NCBI GenBank assembly: GCA_036170915.1
Contig: JAVHQC010000001.1
Location: 1-64,000, forward strand
Origin: Cyanobacteria bacterium auto_48_18
Lineage (GTDB): Bacteria; Cyanobacteriota; Vampirovibrionia; Obscuribacterales; Obscuribacteraceae
Length of the DNA stretch: 64,000 bases
Direction of reading: 5' to 3'
Part shown: piece by piece, positions 41,285 to 51,158 of the stretch
How positions within the stretch are numbered: position 1 is the stretch's first letter
Layout of the letters: every line of letters begins with the position of its first letter
Notes under the pieces: generated by a model
The model's database searches: none
Told to the model about the DNA's origin: nothing
The model's input: only the letters and a program-made list of their open reading frames with translations
Made by a program: the position numbers and the translations under genes

Positions 41285-42082
41285 TTATTTACCGGTATAT
41301 TGCGGCGTACGTTTTTCAACAAAGGCAGCCACACCTTCAGCAAAATCATCTGAGCGACCGGCAATTTCTTGCAGGCTGGCTTCGTACTCTAACAATTCTT
41401 CCAAATCATCAAATACAGCGCGGTTAACTGCACGCTTTGTCAAACCAAATGCCTTGGTTGGTCCCATGGCTAATTTCTCAGCCAGAGCCATGGCTTCTTT
41501 CATCAAATCGTCTTCGCCTACGATTTTGTTGATGATGCCCAAATTCAATGCTTCTTCAGCGCTTAATTTGTCGGCACTGAGCATTAGCTCAAATGCTTTG
41601 GTCAATCCAACCAGACGAGTGAGAATGAATGTGGCTCCAGAGTCTGGAATCAATCCAACTTTGGTGAATGATTGAATGAAGTTGACTTTGTCGGTGACAA
41701 TTCGGTAATCGCAAGCAAATGCAATGCTCGCCCCGGCACCAGCAGCAACGCCGTTGACGGCTGCAATAATCGGTTTTTCAATGCGACGCAGTTTAATCAC
41801 AATGGGGTTGTAGCGGCGGCGAATCGAGTCACCAAGCGATGGGCGCTCACCCATTTCTTGAGCGATGCTGCGGCTCTGCAAATCTTGTCCGGCACAAAAT
41901 CCACGGCCGGCAGCCGTCAAAATGATGGCGCGTACGTCTTTGTCTTTTTCCATCTCCTTTAAAGCGTCTTGCAGCTGAAAAGTCAGCTCGTCGCTAAAAG
42001 CGTTCAATTTATCAGGGCGATTGAGGGTGATGATACCAACGCCATTTTTCTTTTCGGTCAACAGAATCTTTTCGTCAGACAT
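41285..42082 (-). CDS. paaG: Crotonase; 2-(1,2-epoxy-1,2-dihydrophenyl)acetyl-CoA isomerase
   Basis: GRGFCAGQDL, AAVNGVAAGAG, GLIPDSG (catalytic Asp); paa context. Confidence 0.85.
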   Translation of the reverse strand: MSDEKILLTEKKNGVGIITLNRPDKLNAFSDELTFQLQDALKEMEKDKDVRAIILTAAGRGFCAGQDLQSRSIAQEMGERPSLGDSIRRRYNPIVIKLRRIEKPIIAAVNGVAAGAGASIAFACDYRIVTDKVNFIQSFTKVGLIPDSGATFILTRLVGLTKAFELMLSADKLSAEEALNLGIINKIVGEDDLMKEAMALAEKLAMGPTKAFGLTKRAVNRAVFDDLEELLEYEASLQEIAGRSDDFAEGVAAFVEKRTPQYTGK

Positions 42083-42122
42083 TTTAAAATTTCCCTATAA
42101 AGCGCGCGGCATGCGCAGCTAA

Positions 42123-42929
42123 CTATTTCCCTGTAAATGTTGCTTTGCGTTTTTCCATAAATGCTTTCATGCCTTCTTTTTGATCTTCTGAAGAGAAGAG
42201 CATATAGAAGTTCTTGCGCTCAAATTGCAGACCTTCATTTAATGGGCCATCAAACGATTTGAGCACTGCTTCTTTGGCCAGGCGAACGGCGATTGGTGAC
42301 TTGCCGGCTATTTCTTTAGCCATGGCTTTGGCTTCTTCTAGATAGAGTTCAACAGGCACCACTTTGTTCACCAGACCCAGTTCATAGGCCTCGCGAGCCA
42401 GAAGCGGACGGCCCGTCAATATGAGTTCCATGGCTTTATATTTGCCGAGCACGCGAGTCATGCGCTGAGTGCCGCCGGCTCCAGGAATGACACCAATATT
42501 GATTTCGGGTTGACCAAATTGAGCGCTTTCAGAAGCAATGATAATGTCGCACATCATCATCAGTTCACATCCACCACCCAACGCGTAACCACTGATGGCG
42601 GCGATGATTGGCTTCTTGATATTTTTGATGCGGTCCCATGTGGCAAAGCGATCTTTGAGCATAATTGAAACGGTTGTTTCGTCAGACATTTCTTTAATGT
42701 CGGCACCAGCGGCGAAGGCACGATCGCTGCCGGTGAGTACGATGGCACGTACCGAATCGTCACGATCGAATTCTTCTAAAGCGGTCACCAGTTCTTCCAT
42801 GAGCTCGTGATTGAGGGCATTGAGAACAGTTGGTCTATTGAGAGTGACTATGCCGATATTGATGCCTGATTTGGCGCCTACCTCTTCTTTGGCCGAGAGG
42901 ATATTTTTATATGTCATCGTCATCACCAT
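42123..42929 (-). CDS. paaF: Enoyl-CoA hydratase (2,3-dehydroadipyl-CoA hydratase)
   Basis: AFAAGADIKEM, GYALGGGCEL, FGQPEINIGVIPGAGGTQR; paa context. Confidence 0.85.
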   Translation of the reverse strand: MVMTMTYKNILSAKEEVGAKSGINIGIVTLNRPTVLNALNHELMEELVTALEEFDRDDSVRAIVLTGSDRAFAAGADIKEMSDETTVSIMLKDRFATWDRIKNIKKPIIAAISGYALGGGCELMMMCDIIIASESAQFGQPEINIGVIPGAGGTQRMTRVLGKYKAMELILTGRPLLAREAYELGLVNKVVPVELYLEEAKAMAKEIAGKSPIAVRLAKEAVLKSFDGPLNEGLQFERKNFYMLFSSEDQKEGMKAFMEKRKATFTGK

Positions 42930-42970
42930 TTCTCCTGATTAGACCTCCAGTTTTATTTTGACCGTTTGGC

Positions 42971-43942
42971 TTAGTTTAGTTTTTCGCCGCAGCTGCCACA
43001 AAATCCAAATGACACAGGCATTTCGTTCGAACACTTACCGCAATTTCTCAGGTCAACACCAAGGTTAACGCCCTCGGCATCCCCGGCGGCTTTGCAGCGA
43101 ATTTTGGCATAGTTGATTGGTTGCTTTTTGCGGAATGAACGCAGACCTTCAGCAGTTTCATACGAGCCTGCATGAAGTGACAACCAGTCTCTGGCGTGGC
43201 CCACTGTCATAGACCAGGAGAAATCGCGCCACATATTCAATTGTTGTTTAGTGTAGCGAGTGCACTCAGGCAGTTTGTTGTATAGCTTTTCGGCCATTTC
43301 GGCTACGGTGGCATCAAGCATTGACGAAGGCACCACTTGATTGACCAGGCCCCAGTCTAATGCCGTGTAAGCATCAACCGGTTCGCAAAGTAGCAACATT
43401 TCGCGTGCGCGGCGATCACCAATTATCATAGGCAGCCATTGAGTGGCGCCACCAGCAGCGACACTACCACGAGCGGCGCCCACCTGGCGAATGGTGACGT
43501 GATCGGCAGCGATTGCCAGATCGCAAGCCATGTTGAGCTCGTTACCTCCGCCCACTACCATGCCGTTTAGGCGGGCAATGGTCGGTTTGCCGATGTTGCG
43601 CAAGCGATCGTGCATTTCAATAAAGGTGTACATCCACTTGTGATAGTTGTTTGGCTTTTTGAGAATGTGATCTTCTTGCTCTTTTAAATCGGCGCCGGTG
43701 CAGAAGGCGCGGTCGCCTGCGCCGGTGATTACTACTACCGCAATGGCGTCGTCTGAACCGCAATCAAGAAAAGCAGTGCCCAGTTCTTTTAGAGTCGTGG
43801 TGTCAAAACAATTGAGCACATCTGGACGATTGATGGTGATTGTGGCCACGTATTTGTTTTTAGTGTAGATAATGCGCTTGAACTGATAGCTCTCTGCTGG
43901 AGCGCCGGTGAACACTACGTCTGGTGAGGTTGCCTGTGGCAT
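42971..43942 (-). CDS. MenB/BadI/Oah-like crotonase (possible ring-opening hydrolase) with C-terminal zinc ribbon
   Basis: GDRAFCTGAD, GGGNELNMACD, RQVGAARGSVAAGGATQWLP, GDRRAREM; tail CGKC...FCGSCG. Confidence 0.75.
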   Translation of the reverse strand: MPQATSPDVVFTGAPAESYQFKRIIYTKNKYVATITINRPDVLNCFDTTTLKELGTAFLDCGSDDAIAVVVITGAGDRAFCTGADLKEQEDHILKKPNNYHKWMYTFIEMHDRLRNIGKPTIARLNGMVVGGGNELNMACDLAIAADHVTIRQVGAARGSVAAGGATQWLPMIIGDRRAREMLLLCEPVDAYTALDWGLVNQVVPSSMLDATVAEMAEKLYNKLPECTRYTKQQLNMWRDFSWSMTVGHARDWLSLHAGSYETAEGLRSFRKKQPINYAKIRCKAAGDAEGVNLGVDLRNCGKCSNEMPVSFGFCGSCGEKLN

Positions 43943-43967
43943 TGTTTTGACCTTTTTTTGTGATTAC

Positions 43968-44294
43968 TTAAACGGCGGCTGGAACTTTTTCTTCCACGGT
44001 GGCATACATCATCGAAACTATTTCTTTGGCGAAGCCCATCAGATTTTTGGCTGAAGCTCTGCCTTCTGGGCTCGACATGGCAGCGTCAAGCGCTGCTTGA
44101 TTTTCAAAATAAAGTTCGGCCATCAAATAAAATGGAGCTTCGCCCATAGGAGCGCCGGTAACTTTTGATAATTCCGCTTTTAAAAGACCAGGCATTTTCA
44201 TGGCCAGTGGAATATGGCCGTTGAAATAGTTTTCGTCAAAAGCGGCTGTATCAGTAGGATTTTTATAAAGAGCAATCAACTTGACCATTTTCAT
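43968..44294 (-). CDS. EthD-family protein
   Basis: MVKLIALYKNP.D.AAFDENY...HIPL..KMPGL, AELYFE..AALDAAMSSPEG. Confidence 0.9.
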   Translation of the reverse strand: MKMVKLIALYKNPTDTAAFDENYFNGHIPLAMKMPGLLKAELSKVTGAPMGEAPFYLMAELYFENQAALDAAMSSPEGRASAKNLMGFAKEIVSMMYATVEEKVPAAV

Positions 44295-44320
44295 TTCCTT
44301 TATCTAGTTTCAGTTTTTAT

Positions 44321-45685
44321 CTACTTTTTAGTAGAATCTTTAGCACGTCTGTCAACGATGCGCACCGCTTTGCCTTCGCTGCGGGCGATTGATTTTGGTT
44401 TGAGTAGAGTGACATCAGCAGTGAGCCCGAGGCTGTCTTTGAGCAGCTTTTGAATGTTTTCGGTCAGGGCGGTCATATCTAAATGGTCATCTTCGAAGTG
44501 TCCCCACCTCTCGATAATTGCCTCAGTTACTTCTACTTGAATTTCCAGAGTATCCAGCGCTTTCACCCGGTCGATAACCAGCTGATAGTGTGGTGCCAGC
44601 TCTTCCATTGATAGCAGTGCTTTTTCAATTTCAGAAGGATATAAATTAACGCCGCGAATAATCAGCATGTCGTCAAGACGCGCGCGCACACGGGTCATGC
44701 GTCTCATGGTGCGGCCGCAAACACAGGGCTCCACAATTAAGCGCGAGAGGTCGCCGGTGCGATAGCGCACTACCGGAATCGCTTCTTTTGTCAGCGTGGT
44801 GAAGACGAGCTCGCCTTCTTCTCCATCAGGTAAAACTTCACCGGTCAGTGGGTCTACTATTTCGGCAATAAACAAATCTTCCCAGATATGCAAACCATGT
44901 TTAGCTTCCAGGCATTCCATAGATACGCCCGGGCCCATTACTTCGCTCAGTCCGTAAATATCGAGGGCTTGAATTTTGAGCAAATTTTCGAGCTGGTCGC
45001 GCATCTCTTCGGTCCAGGGCTCAGCGCCAAAGATGCCGATTTCAAGCTTAATAGACTCGCGCGGAATACCCATTTCGGCCATGGTGTAAGCCATGTTCAA
45101 AGCATACGAAGGAGTGGAAAGCAAAATGCGGGCACCAAAATCTTGCAGCAACATAATTTGTTGTTGAGTGCGACCGCCGCTGGCAGGCACCACTGTGCAG
45201 CCTAATTTTTCGGCGCCATAATGCATACCAAGGCCGCCGGTGAATAAACCGTAGCCGTAGCTGTTGTGCAAAATATCAGCTGGTTTGCCGCCACCACAGG
45301 CAAGTGCGCGAGCGCAGGCTTCGGCCCAGGTCTCAATGTCACCCCTTGTGTAACCAACAACGGTGGGTTTGCCTTTAGTGCCTGAGCTGGCGTGCAGGCG
45401 ATTGACGTCTTTAAGTGGCCGGGCGAAAAGTCCGAACGGATAATTGTCGCGCAAATCGCTTTTTTTCATGAATGGCAAGCGCGATAGCTCGGCCACACTT
45501 TTCATTGCTTCAATAGAACTGGCTGTGACACCACAGGCGGTGAAGCGTTCCTTTAAAAGCGGCACATTGTGAAAAACGTCGAGCAGTGTAGCCTTGAGAC
45601 GCTTCAGTTGCAGCGCCTCAAGGCCGGCGCGATCGATTGACTCGATGGCGCGATTCCACATAAACACTTCAGACTTGGTAGTCAC
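44321..45685 (-). CDS. paaK: Phenylacetate-CoA ligase
   Basis: LRDNYPFGLFA, HASSGTKGKP, YGYGLFTGGLG, DIYGLSE, RYRTGD, RSEGKAVR. Confidence 0.95.
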   Translation of the reverse strand: MTTKSEVFMWNRAIESIDRAGLEALQLKRLKATLLDVFHNVPLLKERFTACGVTASSIEAMKSVAELSRLPFMKKSDLRDNYPFGLFARPLKDVNRLHASSGTKGKPTVVGYTRGDIETWAEACARALACGGGKPADILHNSYGYGLFTGGLGMHYGAEKLGCTVVPASGGRTQQQIMLLQDFGARILLSTPSYALNMAYTMAEMGIPRESIKLEIGIFGAEPWTEEMRDQLENLLKIQALDIYGLSEVMGPGVSMECLEAKHGLHIWEDLFIAEIVDPLTGEVLPDGEEGELVFTTLTKEAIPVVRYRTGDLSRLIVEPCVCGRTMRRMTRVRARLDDMLIIRGVNLYPSEIEKALLSMEELAPHYQLVIDRVKALDTLEIQVEVTEAIIERWGHFEDDHLDMTALTENIQKLLKDSLGLTADVTLLKPKSIARSEGKAVRIVDRRAKDSTKK

Positions 45686-45691
45686 AGCTCT

Positions 45692-45730
45692 TTAGTTTTT
45701 TGCCACTTAGTTTTTTGCCACTTAGTTTTT
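45692..45730. repeat. 15-bp tandem duplication (TTAGTTTTTTGCCAC x2 plus partial) spanning the paaA stop codon
   Basis: Copies at 45692-45706 and 45707-45721, partial copy at 45722-45730. Confidence 0.85.
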
Positions 45731-46477
45731 AGCTATTAGATCAATCGGTGGGCAAACCATACCGTAGCTGTCAAAGAGCAATTTGATTTCGTTGTACCAG
45801 CTTGCGCGCACTTCTTGATTGTCTCTTTGTTTGATTTTGAATTTCTGGAAGGTCTTGTTGGTCTCGGTGTTTGGTTTACCGAAAACTTTGTTGACCATAG
45901 GGAACCAGAAATCTAAAGCAGCTTGAATTTCAGGCTTGGTCTCAGGATTTGCAGCCATGCGCTTGACCCAGGTCTCGCCGTGTTTGACGTGCATCCACTC
46001 TTCTTTCTCAATTTGCACCATGGTGCGTGACCATGGGCCATAAGAAGACTCGGCGGCATCATGCAACTGGTGCCCAGCGGCGCGGTCCATCAAGAAGTTG
46101 AACATTACAAGGTCAGCCCAGGTCTTGATGGGCTCATAGAAAACTTTCATGCGATTTTTCATTTTGTCGACATTGATCAAATGATTGGTATCAACGTCCA
46201 ATCTGTCGAGCAAATCGTACATAGCTTTAGCATGGCGAATTTCGTCTTTGACGATGTTTGCCATGGCCAGCTTTTCAGCGTTGGTGGGAGCGCCTTCGAT
46301 CCATGGCACATAACCATAAGCTCCAGCCAATTCTGAATCAGCCTGGGCGATCATCAAAAGCAAAAGGGCTTGTCTGTACTCATCAGTCAGTTCTTCCGGC
46401 GATTCTAATTTCTCCCCGGCTTCAATCTTCGCCATCATTGCTTCATGTTTGGCTTTTTCGTCCATCACAAGCATCAT
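45722..46477 (-). CDS. paaA: Phenylacetyl-CoA epoxidase diiron subunit (PaaA-like)
   Basis: QADSELAG, WIEGAPT..EK, KDEIRH, TWAD.VMFNFL.D.AA, SSYGPWSR....I.KEE..H; start set at 46477 (or 46474) after AAGGAG. Confidence 0.85.
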   Translation of the reverse strand: MMLVMDEKAKHEAMMAKIEAGEKLESPEELTDEYRQALLLLMIAQADSELAGAYGYVPWIEGAPTNAEKLAMANIVKDEIRHAKAMYDLLDRLDVDTNHLINVDKMKNRMKVFYEPIKTWADLVMFNFLMDRAAGHQLHDAAESSYGPWSRTMVQIEKEEWMHVKHGETWVKRMAANPETKPEIQAALDFWFPMVNKVFGKPNTETNKTFQKFKIKQRDNQEVRASWYNEIKLLFDSYGMVCPPIDLIAKN

Positions 46478-46667
46478 AAATCTCCTTGCAAATAGGCTGT
46501 CTGAGAGGTTATACAGATAGGAATCATCTTGATTTCCTGTCAATCAATATATCACGCCAGGACTGCTACCCCTTTATTCTCAATGTTCTGTCTATTTTTC
46601 AAATTTGGGCTAAAGTCTGAATAGGTCAATAACTCTTTTTACTAGTTTACTAATTGGCGCTGAGCTA

Positions 46668-49600
46668 ATGGCATCCGATCACCCAGCCATACCAGAAACA
46701 CCTGCCGGGCCGGCGGCCGCTCATGGCAAGCCATCGTTCTGGTCAGATCGCGTGCTCTGGATTTTAATCGCGCTTGCCGTGGTCGGTTTCAGCATCTATT
46801 TGAAACTCGACAAAAGAGTTTTCCCCGCGGCTTCCATCGATCTCAAGTACAGCCGCGAGCAAATTGCCGTCCAGGCTCGCGAGTATGCCAAGCGCTTTGG
46901 TTACGAACAAGCGCGACCGATTGAGTCCACAACATTCACCTTTTTTAACGAGAGCAAAACCTTCCTCGAATACGAACTGGGCCTAGACGAAGCCAATCGT
47001 CTAATGCGCGAGAAAATTCCCGTTTGGGCCTGGACCACCAGATTTTGCCAGCAGTATCAACTAGAGCAATTTAGAGTCTGGATTTCACCGCAAGGAAAGC
47101 TCATAGCATTTTCTCGCACCATTGAAGATGAGCGGCCAATGCCTACAATTTCTCACGCGGATGCCCTGGCACAAGCGCAGGCTTTCTTGCAAAAAGATGT
47201 GCAGGCTCCGCTTGCGCATTTGAAACTTGTGCGTGATGAAACCACTACCAAAGCTCATCGCGATGATCACTCATTTACTTGGGAAGATGTCAGCCAAGAC
47301 TATAAAGACGCAAAAATGCGTTATTTCATTGCTTTTTCCGGCAACAAGTTAACCGCTTATTCTTCTTTCCTATCCATTCCCGATAAATGGACGCGCATGT
47401 ACGCCAAGATGCGCTCCATGAACGATTTGCTGCAGAGTATAGCCAGTATTTTTTATGGCACTTTGCAGACACTCGCCGTACTGGTTGTGCCCTGGGCCCT
47501 GACGCGCAAGCTGATGCGCTGGCGCTTTGCCATTTTTGGTGGGCTGGTCACCGCTCTGGTTGGCGCCTTTGATTCGGTGAACGATTACGCTTCGGTGATT
47601 GATAGTTACAGCCCCACCAGCTCTTTTCGCGACTATTTGTTCTCTTATTATTTCCGTCAAGCTATAGCGTCGTTGAGCTCATTTGTCTCAGGTGCGCTCT
47701 TGTTTGGCGGCGCTGATGTGATTTATCGCTTGAGCTACCCCAAGCGCATTGCCCTCGAAAATTATTTGACCTTCAAAGGATTCGCCAGCCGCGAAGGCCG
47801 CAAAGCAGTGCTGATTGGCTACTGTGTTTTTGCCGTGCACTTAGGCTGGATTATCGCTTACTACATGATTGGCGAAAAACTCAAGTTCTGGTGCCCGCTT
47901 GGAGTTGACGACTATCAGCTGATGGGCAGCGCTTTGCCTTTCTTCTCAGCCATTTCTTTGGGTATTCATGCTGCTACTCAAGAAGAAACCATCGCTCGAG
48001 TTGTAGCCCTCAGTCTGGTGGAGAAACTAACAGGCCGCTTCTGGCTGGCCAACCTTTTTCAAGCGGCGTCCTGGGGCTTCATGCATAGCTCGTATCCGCA
48101 GCAACCTGCTTACGCGCGGGGCGTAGAGCTGACCATTGGTGGTCTATTTTATGGCTACATAATGCGCCGCTACGGGCTTTTGCCTTGTTTCATCGGTCAC
48201 TATTTGGTCGACGCTTTTTTAACCGTCAAACCGATTTTTTCTGCTTCCAGCCCGTGGCTTAATTTGTCTGGTTTCATACCAATAGTGCCTTTTGCCATTA
48301 TTACCGTGGCCTCAATCTTGTATGACCGCTTCAAAAAAGCCCCATCACCAGCAGCCGCTCCACACCAAACTCATGACGAAGACCTGTTTAACGACGCTTT
48401 GCCCGTTCACCCTGTAGAGATTAAACCGCTTGAGGGCGAAGTCGAGGCTTATACTTACCAGCCTTTCAAGCAAAAGCTGCGCGTGATTTTAGCTGTGGTC
48501 GGCATTGTCGGAATATGTTTTTCATTCTGCACGAGCACGCCTTTGCCCGGCGACAAAAGCAGAGTGACCATTGACCGCAACCACGCTATCAGTCGTGCTA
48601 AAGAAATACTGGCGAAAAACGGCATCGACCCCAGTTCTTATCGAGAAGTAGCGTCGCTGGTGACCAATATTTCTAGCGAAGAAATGCAATACATTTTTGA
48701 AAAAGAAAAACTGACGCGCACACTGGAGCTGGCCAGTAAGACCCAGCCGGGCTACATCTGGTCAGTGCGCTTTTTCAAAATTATGGATTCTACCGAGTAT
48801 AAAGTGGAACTGTATGGCGACGGCCGCGAATATTCTTTTGATATCACTGAAGATGAAGACGCGCCTGGTGGCACGATTGATAAAGCGGCAGCAGAAAAAA
48901 TCGCTCTGGCTTATGTGAAAAGAGTGCACCCTGAATACAAAGATGTGGTGCTCGATAAATGTTCGTGGGACAAACGCAAGAACCGCACAGATTATGACGT
49001 TGCTTGCCTGGTACCGTCGCTTAAAGTGGGCGATGCTGACTACAAAATTTCATTGCAAGTTGTTGGCGCGCTGCCATGCAATTTTTCACAAGCCTGGCAA
49101 ATTCCCGAACAGTGGTCGCTTGATCGCTCAAAGCAGACACGCAAAGATGCGGTTCTATCAAGCGTGCGATCGGTGGCCTATTTCATCATGGGTGCCTTTG
49201 GCCTCTGGTGGGGCATTGGCATTTTGCGCTCAGGCACCATTCGTTGGCGGCCTGCAGTTTTGATCGCTATAATTTGCGGCCTGTTAATGGTGCCTGAAGA
49301 ATTCAACCACTGGCCTGTACTCTGGAATAGCTACGAAACTTCCGTACCTGAAACCACTTTCTTACTCAGCCAGGTGCTACAGCTGATTACAAGCTGCTCA
49401 AGTAAAGTGGTTTCTACCTTTATATCAATTGCGCTGGCTTTAGCGGTCTACAAATTGATGTCGCCCAAGCTCAATGCTCTCACCATTGTCAAAGCGGCTT
49501 TCAGACCAAGCGGAGTGGCTCCACGTCTGGCCCAGCAGCAAATGTGGCTTGACGGCATTCTGGTGGCACTGGCCTGGGCCGCTGTGACTCAGACTAAAGA

Positions 49601-50195
49601 TTCCATTCTTGATTTTATGCTGCACTGGTTCTCGCCTGAGGTGCGCACAGCTTCACTGGGTAGTCTCGCAAGCCTGACCGATTATGTTTTCCCGGTGGCT
49701 TCAGATCTGCTTGATTTGCTGCCGTCGCTGGTGGGCGCCATCACCATGGCGCTGCTCATGGCTGGCCTCTACAACAAATATTTCCCGCGCTTTGGTCTGT
49801 TTTTGATTTTTGTTTTTGTTATGAACATGATCAAATACAGCTACGCCAGACACTGGCAAGACTTTGTCATTAACTTGATTGCTGACACGATTCAACAAAT
49901 TATTTTCTGGTTCTTTGTGGCTAAGCTGGCTAAGTTCAATCCGGTGGCTTACCTGGTAAAAGTGATGATTGATGATTCGCTGCCGCTTATTTATGTCATC
50001 TGGATTTTCGGCTGGCCTTGTTTTGCCCCCACATTTTTCTCACTGATAATTTACGTGCTCTCGCCACTGCTGTTGCTGGCCTACTACCGCGCTCGCAACG
50101 TGCGGCTACTGGCCTCGCTATCAGGTGAGCCCGTTGCCGAATCGATCATCTCAGCTGATACTACGGCTGGGGAACCGGGGGGCGAAAGTCCTTAA
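46668..50195 (+). CDS. Large CPBP (Abi/CAAX) intramembrane metalloprotease with internal duplication
   Basis: QEETIAR (EExxxR), WGFMH, GHYLVD motifs; two similar extracytoplasmic domains, each followed by a TM bundle. Confidence 0.85.
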   Translation: MASDHPAIPETPAGPAAAHGKPSFWSDRVLWILIALAVVGFSIYLKLDKRVFPAASIDLKYSREQIAVQAREYAKRFGYEQARPIESTTFTFFNESKTFLEYELGLDEANRLMREKIPVWAWTTRFCQQYQLEQFRVWISPQGKLIAFSRTIEDERPMPTISHADALAQAQAFLQKDVQAPLAHLKLVRDETTTKAHRDDHSFTWEDVSQDYKDAKMRYFIAFSGNKLTAYSSFLSIPDKWTRMYAKMRSMNDLLQSIASIFYGTLQTLAVLVVPWALTRKLMRWRFAIFGGLVTALVGAFDSVNDYASVIDSYSPTSSFRDYLFSYYFRQAIASLSSFVSGALLFGGADVIYRLSYPKRIALENYLTFKGFASREGRKAVLIGYCVFAVHLGWIIAYYMIGEKLKFWCPLGVDDYQLMGSALPFFSAISLGIHAATQEETIARVVALSLVEKLTGRFWLANLFQAASWGFMHSSYPQQPAYARGVELTIGGLFYGYIMRRYGLLPCFIGHYLVDAFLTVKPIFSASSPWLNLSGFIPIVPFAIITVASILYDRFKKAPSPAAAPHQTHDEDLFNDALPVHPVEIKPLEGEVEAYTYQPFKQKLRVILAVVGIVGICFSFCTSTPLPGDKSRVTIDRNHAISRAKEILAKNGIDPSSYREVASLVTNISSEEMQYIFEKEKLTRTLELASKTQPGYIWSVRFFKIMDSTEYKVELYGDGREYSFDITEDEDAPGGTIDKAAAEKIALAYVKRVHPEYKDVVLDKCSWDKRKNRTDYDVACLVPSLKVGDADYKISLQVVGALPCNFSQAWQIPEQWSLDRSKQTRKDAVLSSVRSVAYFIMGAFGLWWGIGILRSGTIRWRPAVLIAIICGLLMVPEEFNHWPVLWNSYETSVPETTFLLSQVLQLITSCSSKVVSTFISIALALAVYKLMSPKLNALTIVKAAFRPSGVAPRLAQQQMWLDGILVALAWAAVTQTKDSILDFMLHWFSPEVRTASLGSLASLTDYVFPVASDLLDLLPSLVGAITMALLMAGLYNKYFPRFGLFLIFVFVMNMIKYSYARHWQDFVINLIADTIQQIIFWFFVAKLAKFNPVAYLVKVMIDDSLPLIYVIWIFGWPCFAPTFFSLIIYVLSPLLLLAYYRARNVRLLASLSGEPVAESIISADTTAGEPGGESP

Positions 50196-51090
50196 GCGCT
50201 AAATCATGTTTAGCACCGTCTTTGTCTGTGACCACTAAGACCGGCTCAGAGACTACGAAATGGAAAACCGTAAATGGTTGCCTGTGATCTTTGCGCACCA
50301 TATGCAATCGCAAAAGTGCGCTTTTAAGATGAGGAAGTTTGGCAGCTACATCAGTCTCAGGCATGATCGAGCCGTCAGCCAGGCGCACGGAGCCTGCGTC
50401 TTTAGGCGTTTGATAGCGGGCTACGTCGCTGCCGTAAAAGAGTTCCTTTTCAAGTTTATTTTGATCAGGTTTTTGCTGGTCTGGTTTAGTACTCTCTTGT
50501 GTTTGCGCTTGTGTTTTCGCTTTTTCAGCTTCAGCCCGATTGACTAAAATTTTCACCTGCTCGGGCTGGTCGGTGACGCCTTTTGCTAAGCCTGGACGCA
50601 GGCGCAGAGTCAGGGCCTTCCAGGCTTCATGGTCTGGATCTTTGAGAAAATCATCCAATTGCCCCTGGCTGATTTCGTAACCGTAGGCCATGTCGAGGGG
50701 CAAAAACAGCGGCTCGTAGCCACGGTTGAAATGCATTGGCACATCGACTTCAAAATCTTCGGGCTGGTCAAGAGCGGTGGTGGCTTGAGCCTCGCCTTTC
50801 ATTTTTTTGTAGGTAATCGGCCCAAATTCAAAAGGCTGGCCCACTAAAAAGGAGAGGTTGGGTTCTTCACCCGAACTATATATAAGGTAAGAAACCCAGC
50901 CCAGTTTTGCCGGGCAGCGGCAAATGTTGCCGCCAAAGGCCTCTACGGCTTTGGCATATTCGCCGTTCTGTACATGTTTTACAAACTTTCGCGCATTATT
51001 TGTGGGGTCACCAGGCTTGTCACCGGCAAAGACCTGAAATAAGACAATGGCAAAACATAACAGTAAAAATATGGGAAGCAATAACCTCAT
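50161..51090 (-). CDS. Secreted or membrane-anchored hypothetical protein
   Basis: 309-aa ORF with an N-terminal hydrophobic helix; 35-bp convergent overlap with the CPBP gene. Confidence 0.75.
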   Translation of the reverse strand: MRLLLPIFLLLCFAIVLFQVFAGDKPGDPTNNARKFVKHVQNGEYAKAVEAFGGNICRCPAKLGWVSYLIYSSGEEPNLSFLVGQPFEFGPITYKKMKGEAQATTALDQPEDFEVDVPMHFNRGYEPLFLPLDMAYGYEISQGQLDDFLKDPDHEAWKALTLRLRPGLAKGVTDQPEQVKILVNRAEAEKAKTQAQTQESTKPDQQKPDQNKLEKELFYGSDVARYQTPKDAGSVRLADGSIMPETDVAAKLPHLKSALLRLHMVRKDHRQPFTVFHFVVSEPVLVVTDKDGAKHDLALKDFRPPVPQP

Positions 51091-51158
51091 TACCTGAGTG
51101 TAACTTGGATTTGGCTGTGATACTATCCCGGTTTCTATCTCGTCAATGGGGCAATAGT

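Noticed and set aside
42971..43942. menB (naphthoate synthase)
   Set aside because: It lacks the typical FCSGGDQ and GSFDGG signatures, no men genes are nearby, and the context is paa.
46478..46667. PaaX operator and promoter upstream of paaA
   Set aside because: One TGATTC half-site and a TTGACA occur on the minus strand, but there is no correctly placed partner half-site or convincing -10.
50907..51158. Long N-terminal extensions in the ORF track (also 7158, 18918, 36102, 37165, 46543, 59973 starts)
   Set aside because: They overlap neighbouring genes or lack an SD; downstream starts fit SD motifs or domain boundaries better.
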